A DNA stretch of 64,000 bases from Octopus vulgaris (GCA_951406725.2 OX597820.1:114390001-114454000); one strand, 5' to 3'. Positions 1-12,894 are shown, counted from the stretch's first letter. The notes: generated by a model not told the origin, from the letters alone. Translations and numbers: made by a program.

Positions 1-136
1 CACATGCTTGAAGTCCAGCTCCAATAAACTTAATATATAGTTTGAAATGAAGGCAGTAATCAAACATGCACACTCTGAAAGTGTGTGCATGTGGTTTATA
101 AATAATCTCATTTTAAGAGACATTATTTAAGTATAT

Positions 137-510
137 GGAAGCACTCCGTCGGTTACGACGACGAGGGTTCCGGTTGATCCGAATCAACGGAACAGCCTGC
201 TCGTGAAATTAACGTGTAAGTGGCTGAGCACTCCACAGACACGTGTACCCTTAACGTAGTTCTCGGGGATATTCAGCGTGACACAGAGAGTGACAAGGCC
301 GGCCCCTTGAAATACAGGTACAACAGAAACAGGAAGTAAGAGTGAGAGAAAGTTGTGGTGAAAGAGTACAGCAGGGATCACCACCATCCCCTGCAGGAGC
401 TTTAGGTGTTTTCGCTCAATAAACACTCACAACGCCCGGTCTGGGAATCGAAACCACGATCCTATGACCGTGAGTCCACTGCCCTAACCACTGGGCCATT
501 GCGCCTCCAC
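137..510 (-). mobile_element. tRNA-derived SINE (family A), full length
   Basis: Minus-strand head GTGGAGGCGCAATGGCCCAGTGGTTAGGGCAG...GGTTTCGATTCCC (A and B boxes); flanked by a 13-bp near-direct repeat tatttaagtatat (124-136) / tatttaaatatat (512-524). Confidence 0.85.
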
Positions 511-683
511 ATATTTAAATATATAAAATAGTAATAATATCTACCTATACACACACACAAAGTAGAGATAATTGTACGAATAATAGATATATGTGCTTAT
601 GTTTGTTTACAAGCATAAGCAGATACAATTCATTCAACTTTTAAGTTTTATATGTATGTATGGTATGAATATGTGTGTGTGTT

Positions 684-720
<37 letters not shown>

Positions 721-723
<3 letters not shown>

Positions 724-995
724 AGTGCCACCTCAATTGGCCTCCGTGCCGGTGGCATGTAAAAAGCACCAACCGATCATGGCTGTTGCCAGCCTCGCCT
801 GGCACGGGTGCTGGTGGCACGTAAAAATCACCCACTAAACTCATGGAGTGGTTGGCATTAGGAAGGGCATCCAGCTGTAGAAACACTGCCAGATCAGACT
901 GGGCCTGGTGCAGCCTTGTGGCTTCCCAGACCCCAGTTGAACCGTCCAACCCATGCTAGCATGGAAAGCGGAAGTTAAACGACGACGATGATTAT
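721..995 (+). mobile_element. RTE-type LINE 3' UTR fragment with (GAC/GAT)n tail
   Basis: GGTTGGCATTAGGAAGGGCATCCAGCTGTAGAAAC...CCCATGCTAGCATGGAAAGCGG...GACGATGAT; the same motif is contiguous with RTE coding sequence at 37182-37640. Confidence 0.75.
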
Positions 996-2006
996 ATATA
1001 TATATATATCTATCTATATATATATAATCAGATCCAAGTGTCTAATGTAGGAAGTAAGCTTTGAGCAGTCCGTTGTAGGTATGAAGAAACAATGTTCAGG
1101 AACAATTATAATTCATTGGTTTCAAAGGTAGTAGGCTTTTCCCATATCAAAATTTGATAAGCAGAAAAAGTTTGCTGATAGCTCCTGGTTAGCAACAGGA
1201 GATGCTATGAATGCAAATAAAAATCCCAAATTAACTTGCCAAAGATGTACTTTCAAATTATATCTGCAGTAAGATTCCTTAACAACTATGTAACCTTCAT
1301 ATAATTACAGTCTCTTCAGTCCGATGAGAAGCTAGTGGAGTACCCCTCATCGAGTAATGTAAATCAAGGATCTGCTACCTAGGAAGCAGATGTAGCCTGG
1401 ATTTTACCTGCTCCACCTTTTCAATTTGGATATAAGATTTATGTAAAGTACAAATTGATTCATGTACTTTTCAGTACTTAAATATTTCACTAACAGCATT
1501 CAGTTCTTATTTTTTGCTGACATACACCCAAAACATATTACACACACACACATTTACAAACACACATATTTGTGGATGGGTATTACAAATTGCAAAGTAT
1601 ACGGAATGTATTTTTTTCAATGTCCCATACAATTACATTTCAGAGAGATCCTCAAGAACCGTGATACAAGTAGATGTGATTAAAAGTTTCAATTTCAAAA
1701 TAAAACTCTACATACATATGTGTGTTTAGTAAAATATATATATATATAGAGAGAGAATGTGTGTGTAAAGCATCTTAACAAAAAGCATGTTGATTTAGCT
1801 TCAGGCCAGCCTTCACCATATATACCTATGAGCAAAAGTATTCCAGCCAGGACTTTCAAGTTCACATGAAATTTTGATAGAAAGATCTTATTTCAATCAC
1901 TTTAAAATAGCAAGTTTGTACCAGAGAAACAAGTGCAGTCTCTAATAGGTTGGTAACAAAAGGGCTACTTAAACTAAAGTATAGGATAAATAAATATTGT
2001 TTAAAA

Positions 2007-2041
<35 letters not shown>

Positions 2042-2357
2042 TGTGAGTAAGAGAAACAAAGTGTATGTGTAGATCCACACATTTTTGGGAAGAAAAGTAG
2101 TGCCAATGACCCTTTTTGGAGTCTCTGAGACTGGTAAGAGAGTGGGAGGAAACCTTAATGGAGAACTGACCTGAATGCTTGAAACAGATTGGACTCCTGA
2201 TACAGGCACCCAAGGACCAGGTGGTGATGTTAAACTGGTCAACAGAATGCAGTGAGCCACTATAAATACTGCAGAATACTCTAAAGACTGCCAAGTGACC
2301 TCTCTTTAAAAGTGTGCACGTGCATGTGTGTGTGTGTGTGTGTGTGTATAGGCATAT

Positions 2358-2760
2358 CGTCATCATTTAATGCTTGTATCCCGTGTTGGCATGGGTTGGA
2401 TGGTTTGATAGGATCCCAATAACCTGACGGCTGCATTGATCTCCAATGTCAGCTTTCTCAAGATCTACATTTGGATGATGCCTTTCCTGATGCCAACCAC
2501 TTTACAGAGTGTGCTGAGTGCTTTTTCATGGTATCAGCACTACTGAGGTCCCCAACTGAATTGCAAAATAAGACCCTTGACAGAGTGGAGGTGCAGTATT
2601 GAGGAAGGTGGCACATTGTGCCAGGTGTTCGCGGGACTAAAATATGAAAAAGGGACAAGAACAGGTGTCTTGCTGTAGAAGAAATATATGGCTACTTGAG
2701 CAGGAAAGGAAGAAAGGATGGAGGCAATAAGGTATTGGGATGTACCCTCAAAGTAGAACA
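2358..2760 (-). mobile_element. Degraded RTE-type LINE 3' end
   Basis: Reverse complement of the recurrent tail motif (catcatttaa...ggcatgggttgga...tggatgatgcctttcctgatgccaacc). Confidence 0.65.
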
Positions 2761-3599
2761 TACAGAGAAAATAAAGGTAAACATTGAAGGATGGTTGGGT
2801 GGGGAGGTAGGTACACAAGGGTGTCAAAGAAGTGATGAATGGCAAAGAGGACAGAAATGAACACAGTGAATGGTAAACATGGATGAAAACATAAGGAATG
2901 GTAAGTATCAACTAACCATTCCTTATGGGGAATGTAAAGAAAATAGAAGTGTGTCATGGGGAAGGTATATGCTATTTCATGCACCTGTAATTGCATGTAG
3001 AAGATATTGTGACTGGAAAGTTCTGATATTTGTAGTCTCTGACCATCTTACATTTCTTTTCAATGATTCAGATTTAATGAGTGACACTTATTTAACGATT
3101 CATACAAGAGTTTCTGCATTTGTTACAAAAGAATATACTGCATAGGTACTTTTTGAGCACATTTCTTATTTTTCAAGCACAAGTCAAGATTTGGATTTCC
3201 TGGAACTATAAACAAAGAGCAGACCTTTTATAGTTGACAATCATATACAGCTACTTCCATAGTTTTCTCACTCATGGTGTAATACAGGTGGAAGCAGTCA
3301 TGATTCTCCAATTGCCCATGTGGTTGGGTTCTTTGTTGAAATACCATCAGTGTCTAAGAGATGGAGTTTGGATATTACAATAGTTTCATGTCCATCATTG
3401 AGAGCCTAGCATAGTGATGGACACAGAGTCAACACCCACATAATGTGTGTGTTTTATATACATATATAGGCCTGTCAGCTTAGCCAGTGAGTGACATCCT
3501 TTGAAGGCTACAACAATGCAAGGAAGCACTTTGTGATCAGTGATATAACTATATCTGATAGCCAGGTCAACACAGTTATTTATGTAATATAAATGATGA

Positions 3600-4060
3600 T
3601 GATGATAAGAAGTGCTGATCTTTAATTGTAGAGGGAACATGTGGAAGGGGTAGACCCAGGAAGACACTGGATGAAGTGGAGAGAAACGATCTACAAATGT
3701 TGGGACTCACAGATGACAAGAGACTGAGATTCCAGACAGTTTGCTGTCTTGAAAAGATACGTTAAGCTAAGTAACAGCATGGTTGCCCTTGCATACAGGC
3801 TTGTCCCCTGTCACCCTCCCCAGCTGAGCATCTCAAATCTTGCAAGCTCATAGGTGCTGGTAGCATGTAAAAAGCACCTGTGCCGGTGCTGCATAAAAGC
3901 ACCAAATACACTCTAAAGAGGTTGGCATTAGGAAGGGCATCCAGTTGTGAAACCATGCCAAAACAGACAAGAAGTCTGAACAGCCCTTCAGTTGGTCAGC
4001 TCCTGTCAAACCGTCCAACACATGCCAGCAAGGAAAATAGATATTAAATGATGATGATCT
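3600..4060 (+). mobile_element. RTE-type LINE 3' end (ORF C-terminus and UTR)
   Basis: gagggaacatgtggaaggggtagacccaggaagac encodes EGTCGRGRPRK, followed by the tail motif and gatgatgat. Confidence 0.7.
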
Positions 4061-4229
4061 CACATTCTTTGCATACACACTAGCAACCTCTAACCATCTT
4101 ATACGTTTATGTTCTATCCTGATACTTCATCACCATTATTTTATCTCTCTTCCCAGCTCCATCTTGCTCACTCCCATTCTCTCTTCAATAATGTGATATA
4201 GCCATGTATCTCCTCTACAACAAGAAACC

Positions 4230-4540
4230 AGTTCTGTTCTATTATACTTTAACCTCTCAACACATGCCATAAAGTTGCCTCCCTCCCTATTATACTACCA
4301 CTCAGTCAAAGGAGCTTTTTACTTTTGAGTCACATAGTGACCACACTAGTGTTGGTACCAAGAAAAATAGTCCCTTATACACTCTGTAAAGTGGTTGAGG
4401 TTAGGAGCAGCATCCAGTTGTAGAAACGATATTAAAGATGATACTGAAACATGATTCAGTCCTTGGACTCAATCTTGTCAAACCATCCAACCCAAGACAG
4501 CAAATACAGATGTTAGAATATGACAATGATGATGATGAAG
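4230..4540 (+). mobile_element. Degraded RTE-type LINE 3' UTR
   Basis: gtggttgaggttaggagcagcatccagttgtagaaac...accatccaaccc...gatgatgaag. Confidence 0.6.
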
Positions 4541-6436
4541 ATTGTGTGAGTGTGTGTGTGTGTGTGTGTGTGCATTGATAGAGAACTAATATTCAAAACA
4601 TTTAGACATGTTCTCTTTCCAATAAAGCATCAAGCTATTATGTTGTCAAATTCTTTTCATCCTCTTCTCTTTCCACTGTTCAGTATATTTATGTGCAGGA
4701 CATGACAGACCCCACCCTCCATAATTTACACAGTCATTGGTGTGGCACTAGCAATGTTAGGCAGGTGATAACAATGTCTTTATGTGACTGATATTTGGTG
4801 GATTTTTCTTTGTTCTTTTTGCGGTTATCAACTTGGATTGGACCAATGCACACTATGTATCAGAACTAGCAGACCATTTACCAATGTGTAAAATGTTGGA
4901 GGTTATCTTTTTTTTGCCTCATCCTCTGTGTGTGTGGTAGATATATATATATATATATATATATGGCAAATGGACATTATGTTAAATTACTATTTACATT
5001 AATAGTCACACTTTCAGTGAGAAGTCATCACACACATAAATAAAGGATAATCAGTAGGACTTTGTTAGCAGTGACAATTGATCTTACATTGAGAATAAAA
5101 ACAAAATGTGTCTAGGTGAGCTACCAAATGTAAGGGAAAACTGTATTGAGGTAGGGCACTTCAATGGAAAATGGATACTGGTCTAAATCATCTCACAACA
5201 GCACATTGCCAGACAGCTAATTTTTCTCATACGCACAAAGTAGCTTGGCTATGGCACATTAACAAATTCAACCAATCATGTTAGAATATACATGTTTGGT
5301 AATCTAACATGGGTTGAGGATGTGATCGCACAAAATTTATTGGTAGTAATTTAGGCCAAAAATCCATTAAACACTACCATGAAAAAAATATCCTAAAAGA
5401 AAAAGAAATCTTCACCGAAAAATTCAAATAAAAGAAAAATACCCAAAAACTCAATTCACTTCAAACCATGAAATACAGAAATTAAACATTTTAGTTTCAC
5501 ATTCAATTTATGACGACAAAATATGGCTGTTTTTCAAAAGTCATGTGGCTGTAAGCTGGTTTCAGTATAATTACAATTAAAGTTTTTAATGTAATCAGTG
5601 ATAATAATCAATGCTGAATACTGCCATCATGATACTTGTCTTTGTTATATGTGGAGAATTTTTTTTCCTAACCAAAACAACTACATGACTTCTGGTCATT
5701 GATCCAAATAACTGCTAACAAATTAGTTAGGAAGAAAGACAATAGAAAATTTGTTATAATAAAAAATATAAACATTAAAACTTGAATGTAATATTGATAA
5801 ATTCATGGTGAACCAACAAATACCAAGAAAACAAATAAAATCCATACTATATGTATTTATTTAGTGAATCCTTACACTGGTACAAAGAGAGGTGGTCCAA
5901 TGGATCAGAGTAGCCCTTGTACATGATTAGCACTAGAGTAATATTGACTATAGTATTTAAGTCGTTTATTATAATTCAAAAATGGGAGAAATTGGTTTGA
6001 TAATAGGAAGTCTTGTATTTCCAGCAATATCTTTTGTTGAATTGTCAGAGACAAATCTTACTTAGAAGTAAACCAATTTATTCCATTTTGGAACTGTTTA
6101 TACTCACTGAATGTCAATGTAGACCATTACTAGTTTCCTGGCACCACCATCTCTATCACAAGTTAATGGCTTCTTGCGTTAGCATGAAGTAGATTTAGTT
6201 GATTGACCCGTGCTTGGGACTTATTTCATCAAACCCAAAAGGAAGAAACGTAACATTGATAACAGTGAAATTTGAACTCAGAACACAGAGAGCACAACTT
6301 AAGTAAAAAGGTAGCACACTACCATTTCTGACAACTCTATACAACTTAGGAAATACAACCAAACATGAAGATAACTTTATAAGTCAGCTCTTACATGGTC
6401 ACAATTCCAATTTGACAGCTGAACTCAAAAACAACA

Positions 6437-6760
6437 TCATCATCATTACCATTTAACATCCATGTTCCTTGCTGGCATGGGTTGGATGGTTTGAGAAGAT
6501 CCAACAGATCCAAGGATTGCATCAGGCTCCACTGTCCACTTTGGCATTGTTTCTGTGACTGCTTGCCCTTCCTAACACTGACCACTTTACAGTATGTACA
6601 GGATGCTTTTTTTGCACCCCCAGCACTAGTGAAGTCACCATGCAGCTTGCAAAAAATTATGAACCCCCAAAAAGGTGGATTTATGGCATTAAGAGTGAAA
6701 GAATGAGAGGAGGGGCCAGAGAAGAATAGGTTTCTTGTTGCAGAGTGGCTACTCACCTTT
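6437..6760 (-). mobile_element. Degraded RTE-type LINE 3' UTR
   Basis: catcatcatcatt...gctggcatgggttggatgg...gcccttcctaacactgaccac. Confidence 0.65.
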
Positions 6761-8642
6761 TAGAAAAGAGGATGGGGGCAATGAAGAGATAATACTGGAA
6801 ACAAAGTACCAGGGTGAACACTCAAACATATAATCTAACCTTTATAAAGATCAGCGGAAAGAAATTTATTAAACAAAAGTAAATTTTAAAAATCATTGAT
6901 GAATATATAGAAATCCGATTTGGAATAATTAAAAAAGAAATTTTTCTCTGAATTTTTTTTTTCAGTTATTTTCTATTTCAGACATGAACACTGTTTCATT
7001 GCAAACACTTAAAACAAAACCTGCCAACATCCACAATGTTGCACATTTCAGATCACACATTCACAGTCACAGGACAAATAACAGGTAAATCCCCCTCAAA
7101 TCATACCCTAATTATCTAAAAACTTTTTCATGCTTGCTTAATCAAGACTGATTTAAGGTTAAATATCAACAATGCTTCAGATACTAAGAGCAGCATAGGG
7201 TAAATTTAATTTATCTTTACTAAACAACCTTTTACATAAAGAAGAGAGAAAGTCATGAAAACTGGAGATGTTCATTTCTAAAGTCAAAAGTTCCTAATCA
7301 CCTACGACTAACATGCTGGTTTGATTATGCATAACTGTAATGAATGAGTGGATGAGATGTTTCTTGGCTGAGAGAGAGAGAGAGAGAGAAAGGAGAGAAG
7401 TAGAGAAACATAAAAACAAAGATAAGAGTTCACATCTAATCAGTGTCAGGATAAGGCACACATGTCCTCTCCCCACCCATTTCCTCACCAAGAAAATGAA
7501 CTTGGTGGGAGACAATCTAATGAATCAGAAAACTAATGGAATTCATTGTTTAAAGCACTTATATTGAATTTTATTATTTCTATGTTCATTTGACCCATGC
7601 TAGCATGGGTCAAATGAGACTGCTTCAATCCAGTATTCCCAAAGCCAACCCTTGTATATTTTCAAGTAAGTTATTTTATCTCAGGTCCAAAAAGCTGCCA
7701 AACGTTTTGTTTAAACAGGACAGAAACAAAAAGTACAAACACACACATAACGACCATCTTTACAAAAAGTACACGCACACACATAACGACCATCTTTACA
7801 GTTCAACCCCAAACCACGCGATTGCAAAGTGAACTTCTTAACCACATAGTCATGCCAGAAGGAAGTGTTTTCTGGTTTTTGTTAATGATCCACAAGCAAT
7901 AATTTCGATATTTCCCCACCAAAAGGACTCCTCACAATACACACACACCAACTTATCAAGTTCCCAGTTTCCTAGCTTAAAGAATATCCATAAAGTGCTT
8001 CATATTTTGGTAACTTATCAATGACTACCAAGTTTTTAATAAAAATATTTGTTCCAAAACTAATTTTGGAATTATCCAAATGTACTTAGTGTTAGAATTT
8101 TTTTTTAAAAACCCTCTAAAACTTCTGCCTATCAACCAAAATACTTGTGTCATGTATTTAATCTAGGAATTTAAATAAATAGCAGAGAGAATGTTTATTA
8201 TAATTTGAAGAGGTTGCTTATAGTTAATATAAAAAAAATGGATATTTATAATAACACTTAAAAATTTTATTTATTTAAAAACAAATGTTAATGTGTAAAT
8301 TTGAAAAGGAAAATAAGTTAGTTTCAATCAAAAATGTTATTTAAGTTTTTGAAACTAATGCTAAGATGCTATTTCATGGTTGTCAAAAAAAAAAATCAAT
8401 CAGGGAAAAAAAAAACAACAAAAGACAAAATATCAAAGACAGCATGCTTTCAAAACATTCAAGACACTGATTGATCAAGCATTATTTAAAAATGAGAAAA
8501 AGACAAGGAAAAAAGACTGGAAGGGAGTGGGGACTGGTGAGTGAGAGAGAATCCAGCAGAAAATAAAAGGAGAGCAAGTACTAAATCCAGCTCTATTCAA
8601 TAACGCTTACATGATCCAATGTTGTAAAAGGTAGCATAACAA

Positions 8643-8687
8643 CTACACTAATCCGTAGTCTTTTAATGTACTCTCCAGTGCCTCATC
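8643..8687 (-). CDS. AP1S2: AP-1 complex subunit sigma, probable terminal coding exon (DEALESTLKDYGLV*)
   Basis: Polypyrimidine tract and acceptor ttttcctcctcaag|GATGAG, phase 0 after ...QDLLQE; the acidic start and GL-hydrophobic end resemble sigma1 C-termini (human EAETPRSVLEEIGLT); completes a 156-aa protein; AATAAA downstream at 8271-8266 and 8199-8194. Confidence 0.75.
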   Translation of the reverse strand, partial: DEALESTLKDYGLV

Positions 8688-10199
8688 CTTGAGGAGGAAA
8701 ATAGGAAAAATTTAGGCAATATTAATTCAGAGAATATTTGCAAGAAACTTATCCCATATGGATCTGAAAAGGAAAGTCATTTGTTAAATCTGAAAAAACA
8801 AATCAGCAGAAAAACATTTGGCATTTAAAAAATGTTTCATATTTTCTTGAAATAGCCCAAAAGAGAAAACGAAAGGAAGGAAATGTAAATTGCATTGTTC
8901 CTGCCTTACCATATGACAACAAATAAAAAAGGGAAAAAGAGATGCTGTGTTAAAAAGGTCCACAAAGAATGTGTCAAAAAAGAGAAATAGCAAAAACTGT
9001 AGAAGAAACAGTAGCAAAAGAAAATAAGGCTAACTCATGCATGCCAGTTTCCCCAGCTAAAGAATATGGTCAGTGCTAGATTTGTGGAGCTGAAAGGTTT
9101 ACAGATCAAAATATGAATCGGGATGTGAATAGACAGCAAATACATTCCACTGCTTATGGTTGAATATTTACTCAATAATTGTTTCATTGAACAATATGGC
9201 TTTAACAGATAAAGTTCATTGTGGTTGAACATGAACATGGAATTGTAAGCCACCAAACTATTGATCAATATTCTATTCTACTTTACCTGAGAATCAGCTC
9301 TTTTTCCTTTATTAATGTTGTTATTGTATTATCTCAGATATTTCCATCTGAGCAAACCTATAAACATTGCAGCATCTGCTCATAAGAAGCATTCAGTTGC
9401 TGTTTCTAGCTATGATCACCACTATACACTGCCACTGATTGCATTGAAAATACGGATAAACATAGCTACTGCAGTCAAGAAAAAGATACAACACAATTGT
9501 TGACACTGAAAATGTAACAAGCTATTTCTAACCCAATTACTACTACCTTCTAATCTATCAGTGATATTGTATATATTCAACTCCCCCTTTCCCAAGAACA
9601 ATCCTAGTTGATCAAACCAGAATTTGATCACAGAAGTTCTTACTGTCAAACATAATCTGCCAAGGCACCATACTATTCAGCTATTGTCGTGCCTCAGTCA
9701 AACAGGCTTTTCATTAGATTCTTGATCACAAATATCTTCCTTTGTCATATGTGTTGTTCTAAGGAGATAGTAAAGATAAGATTTAATGGTTTGCAACAGG
9801 ACAAGCTTCCACAGAGCTGCAGTTGAATCTTAGAATAATGAAATAGCATCCATCAAATTTCATGTTAAAAGCATTGATCAACCTGTGCCTATAGGAGAAA
9901 CCTCAAGTCCAAGAATCTCTTTAACTGCACAAAACACCTGACTTTCGCAAGTCATTTGATTAAAGATCAGGTATTGTGGCAAAATAATTAGGCTGCAGCA
10001 GTTATTAAAAACATTGTAACCTGTTCATAGAGTATTGACCAAGTTGTAGACAGAAGGCAGAGATATGAACAGCACAGATTTTTTTTTCTGTGGTTTCATA
10101 CAAGAGAAAAAGGATAATGCTCACAGCATGCCAGTTTCCCCATCTATCTATCTGGTGAGATTCATGTGGCTGATATTTAGCTGTCGACTCACTGTGTCC

Positions 10200-10580
10200 A
10201 TAAGAAATTGAAAAAATGGGTAAGAAAAGGATTGTAGAAGACCAATATTATGGAGAGAAAACCTTAAGTTATGTGACCAGATAGCCTGAGATGGAGGAGA
10301 GAGATATATAGGCTTGAGTAGCATACAGCAGCTAGTTCTAAGGGCCAGATGCCATTGTGATCAGAATAAGAGGTAGTGTAAGAAATGTGTTAGTGGGATT
10401 GAAGTTGGAACATGTCCTGGAGCAAGTCCTTGCAAATTAGCTGGACCTTTTAGGGGTTGTAGACCAGGATGCAGAGCAGTGTTTCTGTTTCGAGTCAGCA
10501 GCTGTGCTGGGTTGAAGTAGTTTCTGGCTTTGAAGAGAATGGCTAGTTGTAAGGGGACATATCAAGGACTGTAAGCCCTA
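10200..10580 (-). mobile_element. Highly degraded LINE (CR1/Jockey-like) 3' coding relic
   Basis: Minus-strand translation fragments resemble a LINE ORF2 C-terminus; many stops. Confidence 0.35.
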
Positions 10581-10747
10581 GCATTTTCTTTTTATATAAT
10601 GACGAAAAATAATAGTGTAAAAGTGAATATAACACACAAATGCTGTGTATACACATACAAATACATACATATATATGTATATACACACACACACTTCCAT
10701 TCACTCCTTTTCCTTTCTTTTGTCTTGTAAGTTATTTGGTAACCTTA

Positions 10748-10962
10748 TAAGGCGGCAAGATGGCAGAATGGTTAGCATGCTGGGCGAAATGCTTAGCGGT
10801 ATTTTGTCTGTCTTTATGTTCTGAGTTCAAATTCTACCGAGGTCAACTTTGCCTTTCATCCTTTTGGGGTCGACAAATTAAGTACCAGTTGCATACTGGG
10901 ATCGATCTAATCGACTGGCTCCCTCCCCCAAAATTTCAGGCCTTGTGCCTAGAGTAGAAAAG
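10748..10962 (+). mobile_element. tRNA-derived SINE (family C, Nin-like domain) nested in an RTE tail
   Basis: Head ggcggcaagatggcagaatggttagc...gagttcaaattc; body gaggtcaactttgcctttcatccttttggggtcgacaaattaagtacc; TSD atttggt(a/g)acctta at 10734-10747 and 10963-10976. Confidence 0.8.
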
Positions 10963-11399
10963 ATTTGGTGACCTTACTAGTGTTGGTGTTACAAAAAAAA
11001 GCGCTCAGCACACATTATAAAGTGGTTGGCATTAGGAAGGGCATCAATCCATAGAAACAATACCAAAGTTGACATTGGAAAATGATTTTTCCCAAGTATT
11101 TTAATCTGTTATTTCTTAGTTTACTGAAGGCACGGCCATGTGATATGGAATTTTCAACCAAGTGATTTCAGGTTTATTCCCACCGTGTGGCACCTTGGGC
11201 TTATGTCTACTGTAGCCTTGGGTTGACTAATACTTCCAGAGAGGGAAATCTAGCAGATGGAGATTGTATGGAAGACTGTTGTATGTATGCTTTTGTGTCA
11301 GTTTGTATGTATTTGTAATGACATTGGCTAGACAACGATGACATTTGTTCATGTCCCACATAATCATTATACCTGTAACTTAGAGGAATAAAGTACCTT

Positions 11400-12030
11400 T
11401 ATATTATTTACATTTGATGGATATTTGTCCTCATCTTGTTTGTTATTAACACGTTTCGGCTGATATACCCTCCAGCCTTCATCAGGTGTCTTGGGGAAAT
11501 TTCGGACCTGGGTTCACATTCCTAAGGTATTTTTTGATATTTTTATTATTCAGTTCACTGCCTGGAATCAAACTGGAGCCCGTGCTCTTAACCACTATGC
11601 CATATGCCTGTGGGCAATTATGGAGTGAATTTTAGAGCTTATAAATCTAATATTTTCCTATCCTTCCATAATACCAGTTTTCATATGCTATTCATATCTG
11701 CACTACGTCTGCTTATACGAAAACTAAAAGAAGCAGCACATATGCTAGGACACAGCAACCTCCTAAGCAGACTGAGTGCAGATATGAGTAGCATATGGGA
11801 ACTGGTATTAAAGAAGGATAGGAAAATATTAGATTTATAAGCCCTGAATAATAATAATAATACTAATACCATTGAAAAATACCTTAGGATTGAGAACCCA
11901 GGTTCGAAATTTCCCCCAAGACACCTTATGAAGGCTGGATGGTATATCAGCCAAAACGTGTTAAAAACAAAGATGAGGACAAATATCCATCAAATGTAAA
12001 TAATTCCTCATCCCTTAAATATAGAACTGT
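11400..12030. mobile_element. Fold-back non-autonomous Penelope-like element with tRNA-like segment and hammerhead-like cores
   Basis: Inverted repeats 11403-11553/11843-12004 and 11634-11715/11764-11845; TSD ataaagtacctt at 11388-11399 and 12031-12042; CTGATGA...GAAAC core at 11490-11448 (-); centre encodes RKLKEAAHMLGHSNLLSRLSADMSSIWELVL, resembling a GIY-YIG C-terminus. Confidence 0.8.
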
Positions 12031-12894
12031 ATAAAGTACCTTATTTGTAAATCAAGTAATAGCTGGGAAGCAGAAAGGGCACTGCATATGTCATAGATAA
12101 ATGTTACAAGAAACAAGATGGAAACTAATATGTCATGCCATAAACCATGTCAGCATTGAAATCACTGATGTTGAAACAATGGTAATTGCTAAATATCAAT
12201 GAAAAGCTGGACATATAACTTTAGTGGATTGATAATAAACAACTTGAAGCAATTCAAGCCAGAGCCAGTTTAATAGCACCACCTAACAATATGCATTATT
12301 TCTCAGCTGAATTATAAAGAAGGGCCCTCGCTGGTTTAATTTCAACTAACTCTTTAGAGGCAACTTAGACTGACTGAAGCCTACAGATAAGTTTGAAGCT
12401 AAAATCTTTGTTTAGATATCATTTGTAAACTGCAAACGAATGGTGATTTCTTATAGTAAGTCACCCAGGCCATTTCCAACAAATTGGGAATGAAACACAA
12501 GGAATTGTTTGCTAACAACTAACTACCACACAACAGTAGTCACCAGACCATGCAACAATAATGTTTTACAAAATGTACAAAACCACATTTTGTTTCTTTT
12601 CTGGGGGTGGTGAGCAAGATGAAGTAATGTCTAATATTTGACTGGTACTTATTTTATCAAACCCCAGATGGAAGAAAGGCAAAGCCAGCATCAAAGGGAT
12701 TAACCCAGAACTAAAAAGAAGTCAATAAATAAAACAAGGTATTTGATATTTAATAAATTTTGTAATATATTAAGCATTATGTCTGCACAAAGAGATGTAA
12801 GTTACGACATTCCAGGCAATGCTTTTCTCTGAAAGCTGTTAAAATTCCCAGCTTCCATCATATTTCCTTGAAGAAAGGCCCTTCCTAAAATGTC

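Noticed and set aside
430-510. tRNA genes at SINE heads (also 11554-11610, 31129, 43612, 59239)
   Set aside because: No complete cloverleaf; they are continuous with repeat bodies
9030-9100. miRNA or snoRNA interpretation of the duplicated motif
   Set aside because: Hairpin is too imperfect and there are no clear C/D or H/ACA boxes; kept only as an unexplained duplication
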